Below are positions 9,243 through 18,216 of a stretch of 64,000 nucleotides of DNA, piece after piece. Both the position numbers and the translations under genes were made by a program. The notes under the pieces were generated by a model, which ran no database searches, had not been told where the DNA came from, and saw only the letters and a program-made list of their open reading frames with translations. Within the stretch, counting starts at the first letter, position 1; each line of letters begins with the position of its first letter. The DNA comes from Anaerolineales bacterium (lineage in GTDB: Bacteria; Chloroflexota; Anaerolineae; Anaerolineales; UBA4823): assembly GCA_016935755.1 (NCBI GenBank), contig JAFGQI010000170.1, forward strand, positions 5,770-69,769, read 5' to 3'.

Positions 9243-10010
9243 ATGCCTGTTGATGCGAATCTGTATTATCACCTGTATAAGGGGGGCGAGGAAGGGCTTC
9301 GCCCCCCGGTTGTTTTAATTCACGGAGCAGGAGGCACCCACCTTTATTGGCCGGCTGAAATTCGCCGCCTGGCCGGATATCGCGTTTTTGCACCCGATTT
9401 ACCCGGGCATGGGAAATCACCTGGGCGGGGCAAGCAAACCATCTCGGCATATGCAGATGCAGTGTTGGAATGGCTGACCGCGCTGGGAATGCATAGCCTG
9501 GTGTTCATCGGCCATTCGATGGGCAGCGCCGTCGCCATTCACCTGGCGCTGAACTATCCAGAGCATGTTCTAGGGCTGGGTCTGATTGGCGCGGGGGCGC
9601 GCCTGCGAGTCAACCCCTTGCTGCTGGAAAGCGCAGCCAACGATACTACTTTTCCCCGCGCAGTTGAAATGGTGGTGCAGTGGTCTTTCAGCTCGCATAC
9701 TTCCGCCCAACTGATTGAACTGGCAGGCCAGCGCATGGCTTCGACTCGTCCCAGTGTGCTGCAGGGAGATTTTATCGCTTGCAATGCCTTCGACGAGACC
9801 CAACGCATCTCCCAAATTCAGCGGCCAACCCTGATACTCTGCGGGGAAGAAGACAGGATGACCCCGGTGCGCAATGCCCAGTTCCTGGCGAATAACATCC
9901 CTGGCGCCGTTTTAAAGATTATCCCGCAGGCAGGTCACATGGTGATGCTGGAACAACCCCAAGAAGTGGCCAAATCGATCACAACTTTTCTCTCCACACT
10001 TTCATTTTGA
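9243..10010 (+). CDS. alpha/beta-fold hydrolase
   Basis: VVLIHGAGGT, nucleophile elbow GHSMGS, and a C-terminal AGHMVMLEQP. Confidence 0.8.
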   Translation: MPVDANLYYHLYKGGEEGLRPPVVLIHGAGGTHLYWPAEIRRLAGYRVFAPDLPGHGKSPGRGKQTISAYADAVLEWLTALGMHSLVFIGHSMGSAVAIHLALNYPEHVLGLGLIGAGARLRVNPLLLESAANDTTFPRAVEMVVQWSFSSHTSAQLIELAGQRMASTRPSVLQGDFIACNAFDETQRISQIQRPTLILCGEEDRMTPVRNAQFLANNIPGAVLKIIPQAGHMVMLEQPQEVAKSITTFLSTLSF

Positions 10011-10026
10011 ATCTTCCATCTGAACC

Positions 10027-10055
10027 TTGCCTATTTTCGACTGTGTGGGTATAAT
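10027..10055 (+). promoter_or_regulatory. promoter upstream of tRNA-Val
   Basis: TTGCCT, a 17-nt spacer, then TATAAT (10050-10055), 10 nt before the tRNA 5' end. Confidence 0.45.
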
Positions 10056-10065
10056 CTATTCTCTC

Positions 10066-10142
10066 GGGTGGATAGCTCAGTTGGTTAGAGCACTGCGTTG
10101 ACATCGCAGAGGTCGTAGGTTCGAGCCCTATTCCACCCACCA
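10066..10142 (+). tRNA. tRNA-Val (anticodon GAC), CCA encoded
   Basis: Cloverleaf folded by hand. Acceptor GGGTGGA/TCCACCC. D arm AGCTC-AGTTGGTTA-GAGC. Anticodon stem CTGCG/CGCAG with loop TTGACAT. T arm GTAGG-TTCGAGC-CCTAT. Then A-CCA. Confidence 0.9.
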
Positions 10143-10159
10143 CAATTCCATATTTGCAA

Positions 10160-10407
10160 ACGCAACGACCGGGACGAGTAACTGCTCGAGCTTCGACAGG
10201 GAATGGAGATCAGCGACTGAGAGTCTCCTGCGAAAGCCAAACGGCGAAAACCACCCGCGAGCGTGACCCTGAACAGGGCTGCCCCTCAGTAAGGTGAACG
10301 GCTGACACCGTTATCCGTCGCACAGAGATGCTCAATCTTGAGCAATCTGGGTGGAACCGTGTGAGTTTTTACTCTCGCCCCAGGCCGGGCGAGATTTTTT
10401 GTTTTTT
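10160..10407 (+). promoter_or_regulatory. T-box leader (Thr specifier) with terminator, controlling thrS
   Basis: T-box sequence AATCTGGGTGGAACCGTGTGAG at 10344-10365. Terminator CTCGCCC-CAGGCC-GGGCGAG followed by ATTTTTTGTTTTTT (10374-10407). Candidate specifier ACC followed by A at 10250-10253 in GAAAACCACC. Stem I distal GGAGA..AGAGTCTCC. Confidence 0.8.
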
Positions 10408-10423
10408 GAAAGGAGATTTCGAA

Positions 10424-12214
10424 ATGGATAAGAAGCATCACGAACGTTATGAAGACAGCGACCTTTACCGCATTCGCCATTCGGCGGCGCATGTGATGGC
10501 GCAGGCAGTACTGGAAATGTTCCCCGAGGCCCGCTACACGATCGGCCCTCCAGTGGAGGATGGTTTTTATTATGACTTCGAGCTGCCGCGCCCGCTGACT
10601 CCCGACGACCTGGAGGCCATCGAGAAACGCATGCGCGTCATCATTTCCGAGGGCCATCCTTTCGTCAAGCAGGTTGTCTCAGCAGACGAAGCCCGCCGTA
10701 TTTTCAAAGATCAGCCTTACAAGCTTGAACTGATTGATGGCCTGGAGACTGGAGATTTAGATGAATATGGCAACCCTCTTTCCACTCGCCCAGAAATCTC
10801 CATCTACACCCACGGCCAGTTTGTGGACTTGTGCCGCGGGCCGCATGTGGAAAACACACTGCAGATCAACCCTCATGCAATTAAATTGCTGACGGTTGCT
10901 GGAGCATACTGGCGCGGGGATGAAAGACAGGCGCAGCTTCAACGCATCTATGGAACAGCATGGGAGAAGGCTGAGGATTTAGAAGAGTATCTCTGGAAGT
11001 TGGAAGAAGCCAAGAAACGCGACCACCGGCGTTTGGGCCGCGAGCTGGATCTATTCAGCGTGAGCGATGAAGTCGGCCCAGGCCTGATCCTGTGGCATCC
11101 CAAGGGCGGCATGATCCGCAAGCTTGCCGAGGATTACTGCCGGGAGCAGCACGAAAAGGGCGGCTATGATTTCGTCTTCTCCCCCCACATCGGAAAAGCC
11201 AACTTGTGGGAGACCAGCGGACACCTGGACTGGTACGGCGAAAACATGTACTCGCCCCTGGATATTGAAGAGCAGCTTTACTACCTGAAACCGATGAACT
11301 GCCCCTTCCATATGCAGATCTACAAGAGCCAACTGCGCTCATACCGCGATTTGCCGCTGCGCTTTGCTGAATGGGGCACAGTCTACCGCTACGAACGCAG
11401 TGGGGTGCTGCACGGCTTGCTGCGCGTGCGCGGCTTTACCCAGGACGATGCGCATCTTTTCTGCCGGCCAGACCAGATGCCAGAAGAAATCGACCGCGTG
11501 CTGGATTTCAGCCTGAACATCCTGCGGGCTTTTGGGTTTCAGGACTTTCAGGCCTATCTTTCCACCCGCAACCCGGCAAAGGCCGCTGGCAAACCTGAGG
11601 AGTGGGTCGCTCCCACAGAAGCTCTGCGCCAGGCGCTCGACCGCGCCGGCATTCCCTATCAAGTCGATGAAGGTGAAGCCACTTTCTATGGGCCCAAGAT
11701 TGACATCAAGATCAAGGATGCCCTGGGGCGCGAGTGGCAGTTATCTACGATCCAATTCGATTTCAATCTGCCCGAGCGCTTCAACCTGACCTACGTTGGC
11801 AAAGATGGCCAAGAACATCGCCCTTATGTGATCCACCGGGCGCTGCTGGGCTCCATGGAGCGCTTCATGGGCGTGCTGATCGAGCACTATGCTGGAGCTT
11901 TTCCGGTCTGGCTGGCTCCGATCCAGGCAGTCATCATTCCCATCGCCGACCGGCACCTGGAATTTGCTGAACAGGTCATGAAGCAACTGAAGGAAGCCGG
12001 ACTGCGCGTGCAGCTGGATGATCGCGGCGAACGCATGAACGCAAAGATCCGCGACGCACAGGTACAAAAGATACCCTACATGTTGGTGATTGGCGACCGC
12101 GAGGTAGAAGCGGACAGCGTGGCAGTGCGCTTGCGCAGTGAGGAGAACCTGGGCGCTATGCGAGTAGAGCAGTTCCTGGCCCGCGCCCTGGATGATATTG
12201 AAAAGCGCGTCTAG
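10424..12214 (+). CDS. thrS: threonine--tRNA ligase (no N-terminal TGS domain)
   Basis: The track start at 10328 would run through the T-box terminator. The ATG at 10424 has an AAAGGAG RBS. HSAAH editing motif at residues 20-24. Class II motifs FRYE-type YRYERSG and GLLRVRGFTQDDAH. Confidence 0.93.
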   Translation: MDKKHHERYEDSDLYRIRHSAAHVMAQAVLEMFPEARYTIGPPVEDGFYYDFELPRPLTPDDLEAIEKRMRVIISEGHPFVKQVVSADEARRIFKDQPYKLELIDGLETGDLDEYGNPLSTRPEISIYTHGQFVDLCRGPHVENTLQINPHAIKLLTVAGAYWRGDERQAQLQRIYGTAWEKAEDLEEYLWKLEEAKKRDHRRLGRELDLFSVSDEVGPGLILWHPKGGMIRKLAEDYCREQHEKGGYDFVFSPHIGKANLWETSGHLDWYGENMYSPLDIEEQLYYLKPMNCPFHMQIYKSQLRSYRDLPLRFAEWGTVYRYERSGVLHGLLRVRGFTQDDAHLFCRPDQMPEEIDRVLDFSLNILRAFGFQDFQAYLSTRNPAKAAGKPEEWVAPTEALRQALDRAGIPYQVDEGEATFYGPKIDIKIKDALGREWQLSTIQFDFNLPERFNLTYVGKDGQEHRPYVIHRALLGSMERFMGVLIEHYAGAFPVWLAPIQAVIIPIADRHLEFAEQVMKQLKEAGLRVQLDDRGERMNAKIRDAQVQKIPYMLVIGDREVEADSVAVRLRSEENLGAMRVEQFLARALDDIEKRV

Positions 12215-12249
12215 CGCACAGCTATCCAGGCTGGCATCTAAAGCGGTGG

Positions 12250-12278
12250 TTGACGATTCGGGTGTTTTTTGGTATCAT
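12250..12278 (+). promoter_or_regulatory. promoter of infC-rpmI-rplT
   Basis: TTGACG, a 17-nt spacer, then TATCAT. Confidence 0.5.
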
Positions 12279-12330
12279 GCCCGTCACGTAAAACACGGCT
12301 GTGATTAACCAGTTTTGAGAGGAGTATCTT

Positions 12331-12867
12331 ATCAGCGCAATTACTTATCGAGTCAATGAGGCCATCCGAGTTCCGCAGGTGCGTCTGATCGGCCCTGCCG
12401 GCGAAAACATAGGTGTCGTATCTACCGAGGAAGCCCAACGTATCGCTCGTGACGCAGAACTTGACCTGGTCGAGGTCGCTCCCAACTCTGATCCCCCGGT
12501 GTGCCGGGTGATGGATTTCGGAAAATTTGTTTACGAGCGAGCGAAAAAAGAGCGGGAAGCCCGCAAGGCTCAGACAAAGATTGAAGTCAAGGAGATTCGC
12601 CTGCGCCCAAAAACCAACGAACATCATCGTGATCTCAAGGTCCGCGATGCTCGCCGCTGGTTGTCCGATGGGATGAAAGTCAAAGTGCGTATTCGCTTCC
12701 GGGGACGTGAAATTACTTATCCAGAACTGGCGCTCAATGACTTGAAAGAGGTTGCAGAAATCTTATCCGATGTCGGAATTGTTGAACAGGCCCCTGCTCT
12801 GGAAGGGCGAACCATGCTGATGGTTCTGGCTCCCGGAAAGGTAGCGAAGAAGAAAACCGACTCGTAG
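12331..12867 (+). CDS. infC: translation initiation factor IF-3, probable non-AUG start
   Basis: The conserved N-terminus (I)SAITYRVNEAIRVPQVRLIGPAGENIGV extends upstream of the track GTG at 12379. The frame opens after the TGA at 12316. GAGAGGAG RBS at 12317-12324. ATC at 12331 or ATT at 12340 are the only sensible starts. Confidence 0.8.
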   Translation: MSAITYRVNEAIRVPQVRLIGPAGENIGVVSTEEAQRIARDAELDLVEVAPNSDPPVCRVMDFGKFVYERAKKEREARKAQTKIEVKEIRLRPKTNEHHRDLKVRDARRWLSDGMKVKVRIRFRGREITYPELALNDLKEVAEILSDVGIVEQAPALEGRTMLMVLAPGKVAKKKTDS

Positions 12868-12904
12868 CGCTGTATCCAATCTCTGGTTCAAGGTTTTGTT
12901 GACA

Positions 12905-12937
12905 TCCGCGGATACGAACAAGATCCGCGGAATTTTG
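12905..12937 (+). promoter_or_regulatory. hairpin plus U-rich tract between infC and rpmI
   Basis: TCCGCGGAT (12905-12913) pairs with ATCCGCGGA (12923-12931): 9 bp with a 9-nt loop, followed by ATTTTGTGTG. Confidence 0.35.
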
Positions 12938-12955
12938 TGTGAGAGGAGTTCGATC

Positions 12956-13192
12956 GTGGCACGTAAACCTACTGTAGGAAAGTATAAAATCAAGACCCAT
13001 AAGGCTACATCTAAGCGTTTTCATGTAACCGGTTCGGGTAAGCTGATGCGCACCAAGATTGGCAAAGGCCACCTGCGCCGGCGTACATCCAGCCGCACGA
13101 AAGCCCTGTTTACCGAGACCGTGACCGTAAGAGGGCGCGGGATCGTAAAACGGGTGCACCGGCTGGCGCCTTACCTGAAGAAAGCAGAGTAG
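12956..13192 (+). CDS. rpmI: 50S ribosomal protein L35
   Basis: GTG start 7 nt after GAGAGGAG. The YKIKTHKATSKRFHVTGSGKLMR motif is present. The track ORF start at 12896 is too far upstream. Confidence 0.85.
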   Translation: MARKPTVGKYKIKTHKATSKRFHVTGSGKLMRTKIGKGHLRRRTSSRTKALFTETVTVRGRGIVKRVHRLAPYLKKAE

Positions 13193-13327
13193 CTTTCATT
13201 TGGGCCAGCAAGCCTGCCTTGGGCAGGTCTTGCCTATCCTATCCACCTTTTTAGTTGCGGCTGTTGGGTGTATGCAACGGGTAGTTCAGAAGCTACCGGC
13301 GCCCAGGGGTTCGCAGGAGAGAAAAAC

Positions 13328-13678
13328 ATGACACGTGTAAAGACTGGCCCTTACCGGCGCCAGCACCATAAGAAAGTACTGAAGATCACCAAGGGCCAAT
13401 TTGGCACCCGCCATCGCCTTTTCCGGCGCGCCAATGAAGCCATGCTGAAAAGCCTGTGGTACGCTTATCGCGACCGCCGCGTCCGCAAACGCGATCTGCG
13501 CCGCCTGTGGATTGCCCGCATAAACGCCGCCGCCCGGCAGCATGGGATGACCTACAGCCGCCTGATCCATGGGATGAAGGAAAGCCAGATTACCCTGAAC
13601 CGCAAGATTTTGGCGGACCTGGCTGTGCGCGACCCACAAGCTTTCGCCGCCGTGGTCGCCAAAGCACAAGCGAACTGA
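13328..13678 (+). CDS. rplT: 50S ribosomal protein L20
   Basis: [37 protein letters not shown]. The ATG at 13328 follows GGAGAG. Confidence 0.95.
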   Translation: MTRVKTGPYRRQHHKKVLKITKGQFGTRHRLFRRANEAMLKSLWYAYRDRRVRKRDLRRLWIARINAAARQHGMTYSRLIHGMKESQITLNRKILADLAVRDPQAFAAVVAKAQAN

Positions 13679-13701
13679 TTGAATTCCTCAGTCAACACAC
13701 G

Positions 13702-13746
13702 CGGGATGGCAAAGGGCAGGATATGCCCGGCGCCATCCCGTTTTTC
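13702..13746 (+). terminator. intrinsic terminator after rplT
   Basis: CGGGATGGC ... GCCATCCCG followed by TTTTT. Confidence 0.7.
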
Positions 13747-13822
13747 ATTCCTCACATCCCAGAGGGATTAACCTGTCGCCAGGCCCCCTGAAAGGGTATA
13801 ATCTTTCTGGTGAGGAGGCATT

Positions 13823-14212
13823 ATGTCTGAAAACAAAAACCGAAAAATAATCTACCCCGGGAAGGGCGTGCTCGGCGACCTCTCCCAGCGGATAAAACTG
13901 ATCCTGCGCCTGATTGGTGACCCGCGCGTCAGCCCACTGCTCAAGTTAATTCCGATCGGATCCCTGGCGTATTTTTTGATCCCCGACCTGGCTCCCGGCC
14001 CAATCGATGACGTTGCCGTGATGTGGCTGGCAACATACCTTTTTGTTGAAGTGTGCCCGCCAGATGTAGTACAGGAGCACATGGATTCGCTAAAATCCGT
14101 GCTCCCTGGGGAATGGGGCGATTCTGACACCACCCCAGACGACATCATCGATGCAGAAGCCTGGGAAAGAGAAGATGAGAGCGATTCCAATCCAAATCCT
14201 CCTGGAGCGTGA
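13823..14212 (+). CDS. DUF1232 (YkvA-like) membrane protein with acidic tail
   Basis: DPRVSPLLKLIPIGSLAYFLIPDLAPGPIDDVAVMW resembles the DUF1232 core. GAGGAGG RBS. Confidence 0.55.
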   Translation: MSENKNRKIIYPGKGVLGDLSQRIKLILRLIGDPRVSPLLKLIPIGSLAYFLIPDLAPGPIDDVAVMWLATYLFVEVCPPDVVQEHMDSLKSVLPGEWGDSDTTPDDIIDAEAWEREDESDSNPNPPGA

Positions 14213-14244
14213 ACTGATACCGCGCCTCAGAAGTATTTTTATTG

Positions 14245-15546
14245 ATGCAAAAGACGCTGATCATTATTTTATTGTCTGCTCTCCTGATGGCGTGCAGCGG
14301 GAGGGTCAGTGAAACACCTCTGGCTGTCCCTCTGCCTACCTCATTGCCCTCCAGCCCCACTCACCCGGCTCCACCGACCAGCACAGCTGCCCCAATAGCG
14401 ACTTCACCCCCGGCAGCAGAGACTGCTCTGCCCCCTGGCGCTGCCGCGACCATCACGCCCTTGCCTGTCAAGCCAATCCCCGATTCCTCGGCATTCCAAT
14501 GGGCTGCAATCACCACCGGCCTGGCTAAACCAGTGGGATTGACCCACGCCGGAGATGGATCGGGGCGCATCTTTGTGATCGAACAGAGCGGACTGATCCG
14601 CGTAATCCAGGCAGACAGGCTCGACCCGCAGTCTTTTCTGGACATCCGCGACCGGGTAGGCAGCCAGGGCTTTGAACAGGGGCTGCTCGGGCTGGCTTTC
14701 CATCCGGATTACCCAGAAAATAATACCTTCTACGTCAACTATACAGATCGCGATGGGAATACGGTCATCGCCCGCTTTCAAGTATCGGCAGCCGACCCAG
14801 GCAAAGCAGATCCAACCTCCGAGGTGCAGCTATTGCAGGTCCAGCAGCCTTATGCCAACCATAATGGAGGGGAAATCGCCTTCGGGCCGGATGGCTACCT
14901 GTACATCGGCCTGGGCGATGGCGGCTCGGGCGGCGATCCTCTAGGGTCAGGGCAATCGTTGGCGACCCTGTTAGGCAAGATCTTACGTCTCAATGTGAAT
15001 ACTGAGGGCCCCTACGCTATCCCGCCCGATAACCCTTTCATCAATGGCGAGGGCAGACCCGAAATATGGGCTTATGGCCTGCGTAATCCCTGGCGATTCT
15101 CATTCGACCGCCTGACCGGCGATCTTTATATTGGCGATGTGGGTCAAAGCCAGTGGGAAGAGATCAACTTCCTGCCTGCTGGCGCCGCTGGTGGGGCGAA
15201 TTTCGGCTGGAATCTTTACGAGGGCAGCCACCCATTCAAAAATGATCTTGCCCCTGGCGCTGCGGTCATCCCACCCATCGCTGAATACGATCATAACCAG
15301 GGCTGCTCAGTCACCGGCGGAGTTGTGTACCGCGGGACGAGCCTGCCAGCCATGCAGGGCGTCTACCTGTATGGCGATTACTGCAGTGGAAATATCTGGG
15401 GATTGAAACAGAGCGCCAATGGCAGCTGGGAGAACCGGCTGCTGTTTCAGGGTATTGGAGCTATCTCCTCTTTTGGCGAAGATGAAGCCGGGGAAGTTTA
15501 CCTGGTGGATCATCGCGGCAACATCTTCCGTCTGACAGGACAATAA
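14245..15546 (+). CDS. PQQ-dependent sugar (glucose/sorbosone) dehydrogenase-family lipoprotein
   Basis: Lipobox LLMAC, then a Pro/Thr-rich linker. HNGGEIAFGPDGYLYIGLGDGGSGGDP, GLRNPWRFSFD, GDVGQSQWEEIN. Confidence 0.85.
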   Translation: MQKTLIIILLSALLMACSGRVSETPLAVPLPTSLPSSPTHPAPPTSTAAPIATSPPAAETALPPGAAATITPLPVKPIPDSSAFQWAAITTGLAKPVGLTHAGDGSGRIFVIEQSGLIRVIQADRLDPQSFLDIRDRVGSQGFEQGLLGLAFHPDYPENNTFYVNYTDRDGNTVIARFQVSAADPGKADPTSEVQLLQVQQPYANHNGGEIAFGPDGYLYIGLGDGGSGGDPLGSGQSLATLLGKILRLNVNTEGPYAIPPDNPFINGEGRPEIWAYGLRNPWRFSFDRLTGDLYIGDVGQSQWEEINFLPAGAAGGANFGWNLYEGSHPFKNDLAPGAAVIPPIAEYDHNQGCSVTGGVVYRGTSLPAMQGVYLYGDYCSGNIWGLKQSANGSWENRLLFQGIGAISSFGEDEAGEVYLVDHRGNIFRLTGQ

Positions 15547-15547
15547 T

Positions 15548-18139
15548 ATGCAAGAGAATATCGCATTGGCAAAGGCCAGGATTGGGGCAGATAGGGTATC
15601 TTTGGGGATAGTATTCGGATTCCTGGCGGGGTCGGGCTTCACCCTGGCATTATGGGGATATGAGGCAGTTCTTCTCTCAAACGCCTCGGCAGAACTCCCC
15701 TGGCTGAAATTTGCTATCGGTGCGCCTGCCTGCCTGTTGATCAGCATTCTGGCAGGCTGGCTGACCGCCCGCTTCGACAACAGCCTGTTAGGATTTATCA
15801 TCTGGGGGCTGTCCGGGCTGGGCTTTGTCTGGATTGCCAGCCACACGCCATTCGAAGGTCTCACACTGGTTCTCACCCGCCTGGAACCAGTGTTCCAGGG
15901 GTTTGATCTTTATCCCTTCGTTCTCAGCGCCTGGGCGCGCATGCAGCTGCTGTATATCATCGCCGGGCTGCTCACCGGTCTGGCAGGATCTTTTGAACTC
16001 TTTCTGATCGAGTCGGCTTTGCGATCTGCTTATTTTTTCGCCCGGCTCTTTACCTTCTTGATCTTCCTGCTCATTCTCGCCCCTATTGGCCTGGCAATTG
16101 ACAATCTGATCAACCAGCCTCTGCGAGAGCCCATCCTGGTGATCGATGATTTGATCCAGACCGGGCTGCAGGCGGAGATCACGCCTTTTACCAAGGATGA
16201 GGCGCGCCAGCTGGGTTTGAGCGCGATCAAAACCTTCGGCAGCCTGATCCACCAACCCTATCAGATCAACCTGGGCAGGTACGATCCCGAGTCGCTCTCG
16301 GAGACCTCCGTGCATATCAATTTCAATGGCACCTGGGGAACTTGCTTTGTGCTGGATAACCGGCCCATGTACTGCCAGTTGAGCCGTGATCTCTATCTGA
16401 AGAGATTCGCCTGCAGCCTGGACAGCAGCCGGCGAAAATCCTGCCTGATGAAGATCGAGCCAGAGGCGGATGAAGAATTAGACGAACTCGCCCAGGCCCT
16501 GGGCGGGTCGCCAGTGATTCAAACGATCGATCAGCGAGGCGCGATTGTCTTGCTGGCTGTAACCGGTCCTTCCGGGCAGAAATTCCAATGCGCCCTGGAA
16601 ATCGCCGGGAACATCTATTTTAACTCCTGCAAGCCCCTGACTACGCCGCTCGAAATCATCGGAGAGCCAACCAGCACGCTGTTGCCCAGCTCCATACCAG
16701 CAGTCACCCTCCAGCCAACCCTGGCAGCCTCCCCTATCTCAGCGCTGATCTCCCCGCAGGATCTGGACCACCCCGCCCTGCAGGATGCGCCGCGCTATGC
16801 CATCACGCTGACCATCGATTACTCCGGGCATGCCCTGGATGGGCTCATGCAGGTCGATTATGTTAACACGGAAAACACCGCTCTTGATTCACTGTACTTC
16901 CGCCTGCTGCCCAACGGCAAGGGCAGCTATGGGGACGGCTCGCTGACGGTCAAGAACGTGGATGTCAATGGGCAGCCAGTCCAAACCAGCCTCTCTGTCA
17001 ACGATACTGTCCTGAAAGTCGACCTGCCCGCCCGGCTGGAGCCAGGCCAGGCCGCGCAGATCGAACTGGAGTTCAGCGGACAGGTGCCGCTCGATTTTGG
17101 CGGCGAGGCTACCCCGGCGGGATACGGCATCTATAACCTGAGCCAGGGGGTGATGGCGCTCTCCGGCTGGTACCCCACCCTGGCCGTATACGATCAGGAT
17201 GGCTGGAACCTGGATGCGCCTTCGGAGATCGGCGACTCGGGCTTCAGCGACATGGCTTTTTATTCCGTGGATGTCACCGCCCTCAGCAGCCTGGTGATGG
17301 CCGCCACAGGCACCCAGACTGGCATGGAAGCTCTGATCGGGAAGCGGGTCTACCATTACGAAAGTGGGCCGGCGCGCGACTTTTTCTTGATCGCCAGCCC
17401 GGACTTCAAAATTGCCAGCCGGATAGTGGATGGGACAATGGTCAATTCATACTATTTACGCGGCCAGGAGGCGGCGGGCGAGACCGTCCTGCAGGTGGCA
17501 AGCGACTCACTGAAGATCTTCAACCAGCTCTTCGGCGCCTACCCCTATGCTGAATTCGATGTGGTGCAGGCGCCCATGCGCAACGCGCTGGGAGTGGAAT
17601 TCCCCGGGATTGTCTTGATCGGCGCGGACGAGTATGCCGACTACGACCAATCGGACGTCCACACAACCATCGCCCATGAAGTCGCTCACCAATGGTGGTA
17701 CAACCTGGTGGGCAACGATGTGTTCGACGAGCCCTGGCTGGATGAGGCCCTGGTCACCTACGTGTCCAGCTTCTATTTTGAGTTTGGGCCCTCCCACAGC
17801 GTGCCGCTGCCCCTGATCCAATACTGGCAGGGGCGCTACGATCAGCTGCGCCAGGACGGGCTGGACGAACCGATCGCCTCCACGCTGGCGCACTTCGAAA
17901 GCCTGAACAACCCGCGCGTCTACGGCGGGGTGGCCTATTCCAAGGGGGCGCTTTTCTTCTATGCCCTGCGCCAGGAGATCGGCGACCCGGCTTTCTTCCA
18001 GGCCTTGAAGGATTATTTCCAGGCTTACCAGTACCGCATCGCCCGTGGGCAGGATCTGCTGGATATCTTCGAGCAGGCCGCCGGGCAAGATTTGGATGAT
18101 TTCTACCAGCAGTGGCTGTACACCAAGAGCACGCCTTGA
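15548..18139 (+). CDS. membrane-anchored M1-family zinc aminopeptidase
   Basis: About 5 predicted TM helices in the first ~200 aa. HEVAHQWWYNLVGND...WLDEALVTY (HEXXH-X18-E). Confidence 0.85.
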   Translation: MQENIALAKARIGADRVSLGIVFGFLAGSGFTLALWGYEAVLLSNASAELPWLKFAIGAPACLLISILAGWLTARFDNSLLGFIIWGLSGLGFVWIASHTPFEGLTLVLTRLEPVFQGFDLYPFVLSAWARMQLLYIIAGLLTGLAGSFELFLIESALRSAYFFARLFTFLIFLLILAPIGLAIDNLINQPLREPILVIDDLIQTGLQAEITPFTKDEARQLGLSAIKTFGSLIHQPYQINLGRYDPESLSETSVHINFNGTWGTCFVLDNRPMYCQLSRDLYLKRFACSLDSSRRKSCLMKIEPEADEELDELAQALGGSPVIQTIDQRGAIVLLAVTGPSGQKFQCALEIAGNIYFNSCKPLTTPLEIIGEPTSTLLPSSIPAVTLQPTLAASPISALISPQDLDHPALQDAPRYAITLTIDYSGHALDGLMQVDYVNTENTALDSLYFRLLPNGKGSYGDGSLTVKNVDVNGQPVQTSLSVNDTVLKVDLPARLEPGQAAQIELEFSGQVPLDFGGEATPAGYGIYNLSQGVMALSGWYPTLAVYDQDGWNLDAPSEIGDSGFSDMAFYSVDVTALSSLVMAATGTQTGMEALIGKRVYHYESGPARDFFLIASPDFKIASRIVDGTMVNSYYLRGQEAAGETVLQVASDSLKIFNQLFGAYPYAEFDVVQAPMRNALGVEFPGIVLIGADEYADYDQSDVHTTIAHEVAHQWWYNLVGNDVFDEPWLDEALVTYVSSFYFEFGPSHSVPLPLIQYWQGRYDQLRQDGLDEPIASTLAHFESLNNPRVYGGVAYSKGALFFYALRQEIGDPAFFQALKDYFQAYQYRIARGQDLLDIFEQAAGQDLDDFYQQWLYTKSTP

Positions 18140-18216
18140 AATGATGCCACCCGCATCCACTGCCGCTCACACCCTGGCCGCATCGACTGGCTACACCCGG
18201 CGAGGCGCTTCACTGT

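Noticed and set aside
10328-10423. The track start of thrS at 10328 (628 aa).
   Set aside because: This start would translate through the T-box core and its terminator. The ATG at 10424 has a proper RBS and matches the conserved N-terminus.
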